Below are positions 61,741-64,000 of a DNA stretch of 64,000 bases, one piece after another (position 1 is the first letter of the stretch; each line of letters begins with the position of its first letter). The stretch is from Monocercomonoides exilis PA203. Taxonomy: Eukaryota > Protista > Preaxostyla. The notes under the pieces were generated by a model. The model ran no database searches, was not told the origin of the DNA, and was given only the letters and a program-made list of their open reading frames with translations. The stretch covers positions 1,178,001-1,242,000 of the forward strand of contig LSRY02000015.1 in assembly GCA_001643675.2 (NCBI GenBank), written 5' to 3'. The position numbers and the translations under genes were made by a program.

Positions 61741-64000
61741 AAAATTCAAAAGAAGGTTGAGTGTCACCAATGTCAACAACTTCCTCGGTTTCTTCGGTGA
61801 TAGTTCTTGAATCACAATAGTATGCATCATCACGAGTCCCATTACAAAATTCATCTGTGGGATATTCAATATCCATTTCAATATCCGATGAATGAGAAAA
61901 AGATTGATTTTTGTCAGCTCCATCACATATACATGAATTCCTTTCGTTCGCTCTGTTTGTGCAGCAACCTAATGAATCTTCTTCATCAATTTCCTCCACA
62001 TCCAACAACAGATCGTTATCACTCTCATCTTCAATTTGCATGCGAATATTGTTCTCTGATGAAAAATACGAATCATTGGGAAGAACATCTTGGCTTGAAT
62101 CGAAATAGCCATGAAGTGGATCTTCGTCTTTTTCAGTCAATTCATCGCAGTTCAAGATTGTGAAATCGTCGTCGAAGGATTCAAGCAGGTTTTTCTCTTA
62201 TTAGTTCAACAAAACAAAATTCAATGTGAAAAAATGTTAATTTTTGAAGAATTGGTAAATTGAAGCAAACTGTTATTACATCTAGGTTTCATTCTTGAAC
62301 ATTCTGAGGATTCAGTGGAGTTGTTCATTATGAATTTTTCAAACATCACTTCATCTTCAAAACTTAATTCTGAATAATTTAAGAAAATAAAAGAAAGTGT
62401 TAAAGAAAGGGTTTCAAATCGATATAATTCACACAATCTTGATTATTTATTTTTTAGATGTTCCTTTGCTTGTGAAACATCAAAGCTTATATTCGAGGAG
62501 CTCTGTTTTGCGTATTTATAATTGCCTATTGTGCAGTTAAATCCATACTTCTCCAATTGATCGAAGCTATATTCATGGCAAACTGTTTTCAACAGTGCCA
62601 CTTTTACATGCTTGTTGTCCTCCGAATTATATAGACTTGCTATTCTCAATAAAATACATTCAGATTTTTCTTTAATTTCATTCAATTATAAAAAGATATA
62701 ATGATCCGCTCAAATGCATTAACTGATACAAACTGTCAAAAATTTTCTGCATCTCTGTGAAATGCTTTTTTCCTTTGCTTGTGTGTAGAAACATGTATTT
62801 TAGCATCTTTGCAACTTGATTTCCAGATTTATCATCTATGAAGTTCCAAACATCGGTGCACTTCTCACTTTTTCGGGATAATGAAAGATTCGAGAACAAC
62901 ATTTATTCAGTTATTTCTGAATAGTAATTCGATGTGAAACCAAACAAATTGACGAAGTGATAATGGTTTTTCCCATCTTTTATACAAAAAACTTAATTAT
63001 CTAAACTTTGTCGAACATTTATTAACTTTGCAAATGCGGAAATGTAAAATTCATAAATATAAAGTGAACTTCTTGTGAAAACTGTTTGTTTTCATCTTTT
63101 CTGTTGTTCCTCTCTTTCTATCAAACTTTTTTGCTTTTTGTTGTTTGCAGCTGATTCGAAAAGAGAAGACATTTCAATTATGAAACACTGCAGAAGGAAA
63201 TATTTGATCAATTAATAGAGCTTATTTTTAAGTAATTGTTTTTCAAAAACAGAAGTTCTGCTATATCGAAAATGTTGCATCGAAAATAACAAAGCAATGA
63301 AGATCAAATACAGCAAAATAAATTGAAAAACGATGAGCGAAATGAATAATAGGTTGCATGAAATTGTTATGATTATCCAACAAAAGATAATTCATTATCA
63401 TTCTTTTGACAAAAAAGAGCAACACAAGACATTTTTGAAAGACAGTAATTTTTCACAATGTGCTGGAACATGAAGCGATATAAGTTTGTGAACTTGATAG
63501 TTTTGATTATTTTTTATTTCCAAAAAAATTCTTCAACGTTATGTTTGATTGGATAATTGTTCACAATTGACTTTTTAAGTTTTTAAAAATTATGCAACTG
63601 AATAAAATTCTTCATCTTTTATTCTTCATTGAACTGACCTTCGAATAACCCTTTACCAATAAAACATCTTTTTCTCCATGTTTCATTTACCGCAACTCAT
63701 CGAATGGCTATGACAAGTGAAATTTATCAAATTGCATCTTCACAATCTTCCAGAACCAAACAAGAATTGCTTCAATGTTATTTCTGTTTTCTGTGATTTC
63801 CTTCAACCTTCAAATGAGTTATCCAGATTTATTTTTTTGTTGCACTCCTTCCGATCAACTTTTCTTAGTTAAATATTGTATTTTTTTATTAACCTTATTA
63901 GCTTTTATCATTTTCGCCACGTCACATTCAATAAGTTTTATTCTTTTTAAAATTCTTCTTAACCTTCCTCATCTTCCAATCCTTCTTTGCCTTCATCTTC

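Larger units (their letters stand above)
59154..63172 (-). mobile_element. Decayed large DDE DNA transposon coding region (Sola-like) with an embedded USP-like protease domain; element termini not identified
   Basis: Eight colinear minus-strand track ORFs linked by in-frame stops, frameshifts or introns. Order: N-terminal region, acidic linker, USP-like domain, transposase core. Confidence 0.75.

Noticed and set aside
59154-63172. TAA=Gln recoding (as in Streblomastix) to explain the in-frame TAA codons in the transposon
   Set aside because: CAA/CAG codons are common, TGA stops and frameshifts also occur, and host genes end in TAA. Ordinary AT-biased decay explains it.
63600-64000. Possible minus-strand coding fragment at the right edge
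   Set aside because: No frame or exon structure could be fixed within the window.
1-64000. CRISPR arrays, rRNA, tRNA, prokaryotic operons
   Set aside because: None seen. The repeats are simple microsatellites and the DNA is eukaryotic.

Overview
Eukaryotic, intron-containing protist DNA: short AT-rich GT-AG introns, AT-rich intergenic DNA, standard genetic code, and very long proteins full of TCN-encoded poly-Ser. The style, and the 2.5-kaa beta-helix/TM/pseudokinase gene, resemble the oxymonad Monocercomonoides (recognition, not a search result). Hand-spliced models give 10 host genes: (1) a >4,390-aa Ser-rich protein running off the left edge; (2) an 8-exon, 8-TM tandem tetraspanin-like protein; (3) a 2,213-aa Ser-rich protein; (4) a coiled-coil protein; (5) a poly-Ser protein with a folded C-terminal domain; (6) a PHO80/PCL-type cyclin; (7) an ATG27/M6PR-like MRH receptor; (8) guanylate kinase with a long N-terminal extension; (9) an ALMS-motif protein; (10) the receptor-pseudokinase. 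There are also two decayed DNA transposons. One is a pogo/Fot1-like DD35D element with degenerate 30-bp TIRs. The other, the best novelty candidate, is a ~4-kb Sola-like DDE element with a USP/C19 deubiquitinase-like domain embedded in the transposase reading frame, next to a GC-rich nested stem-loop. Most short ORFs in the track are shadow frames of the long genes.
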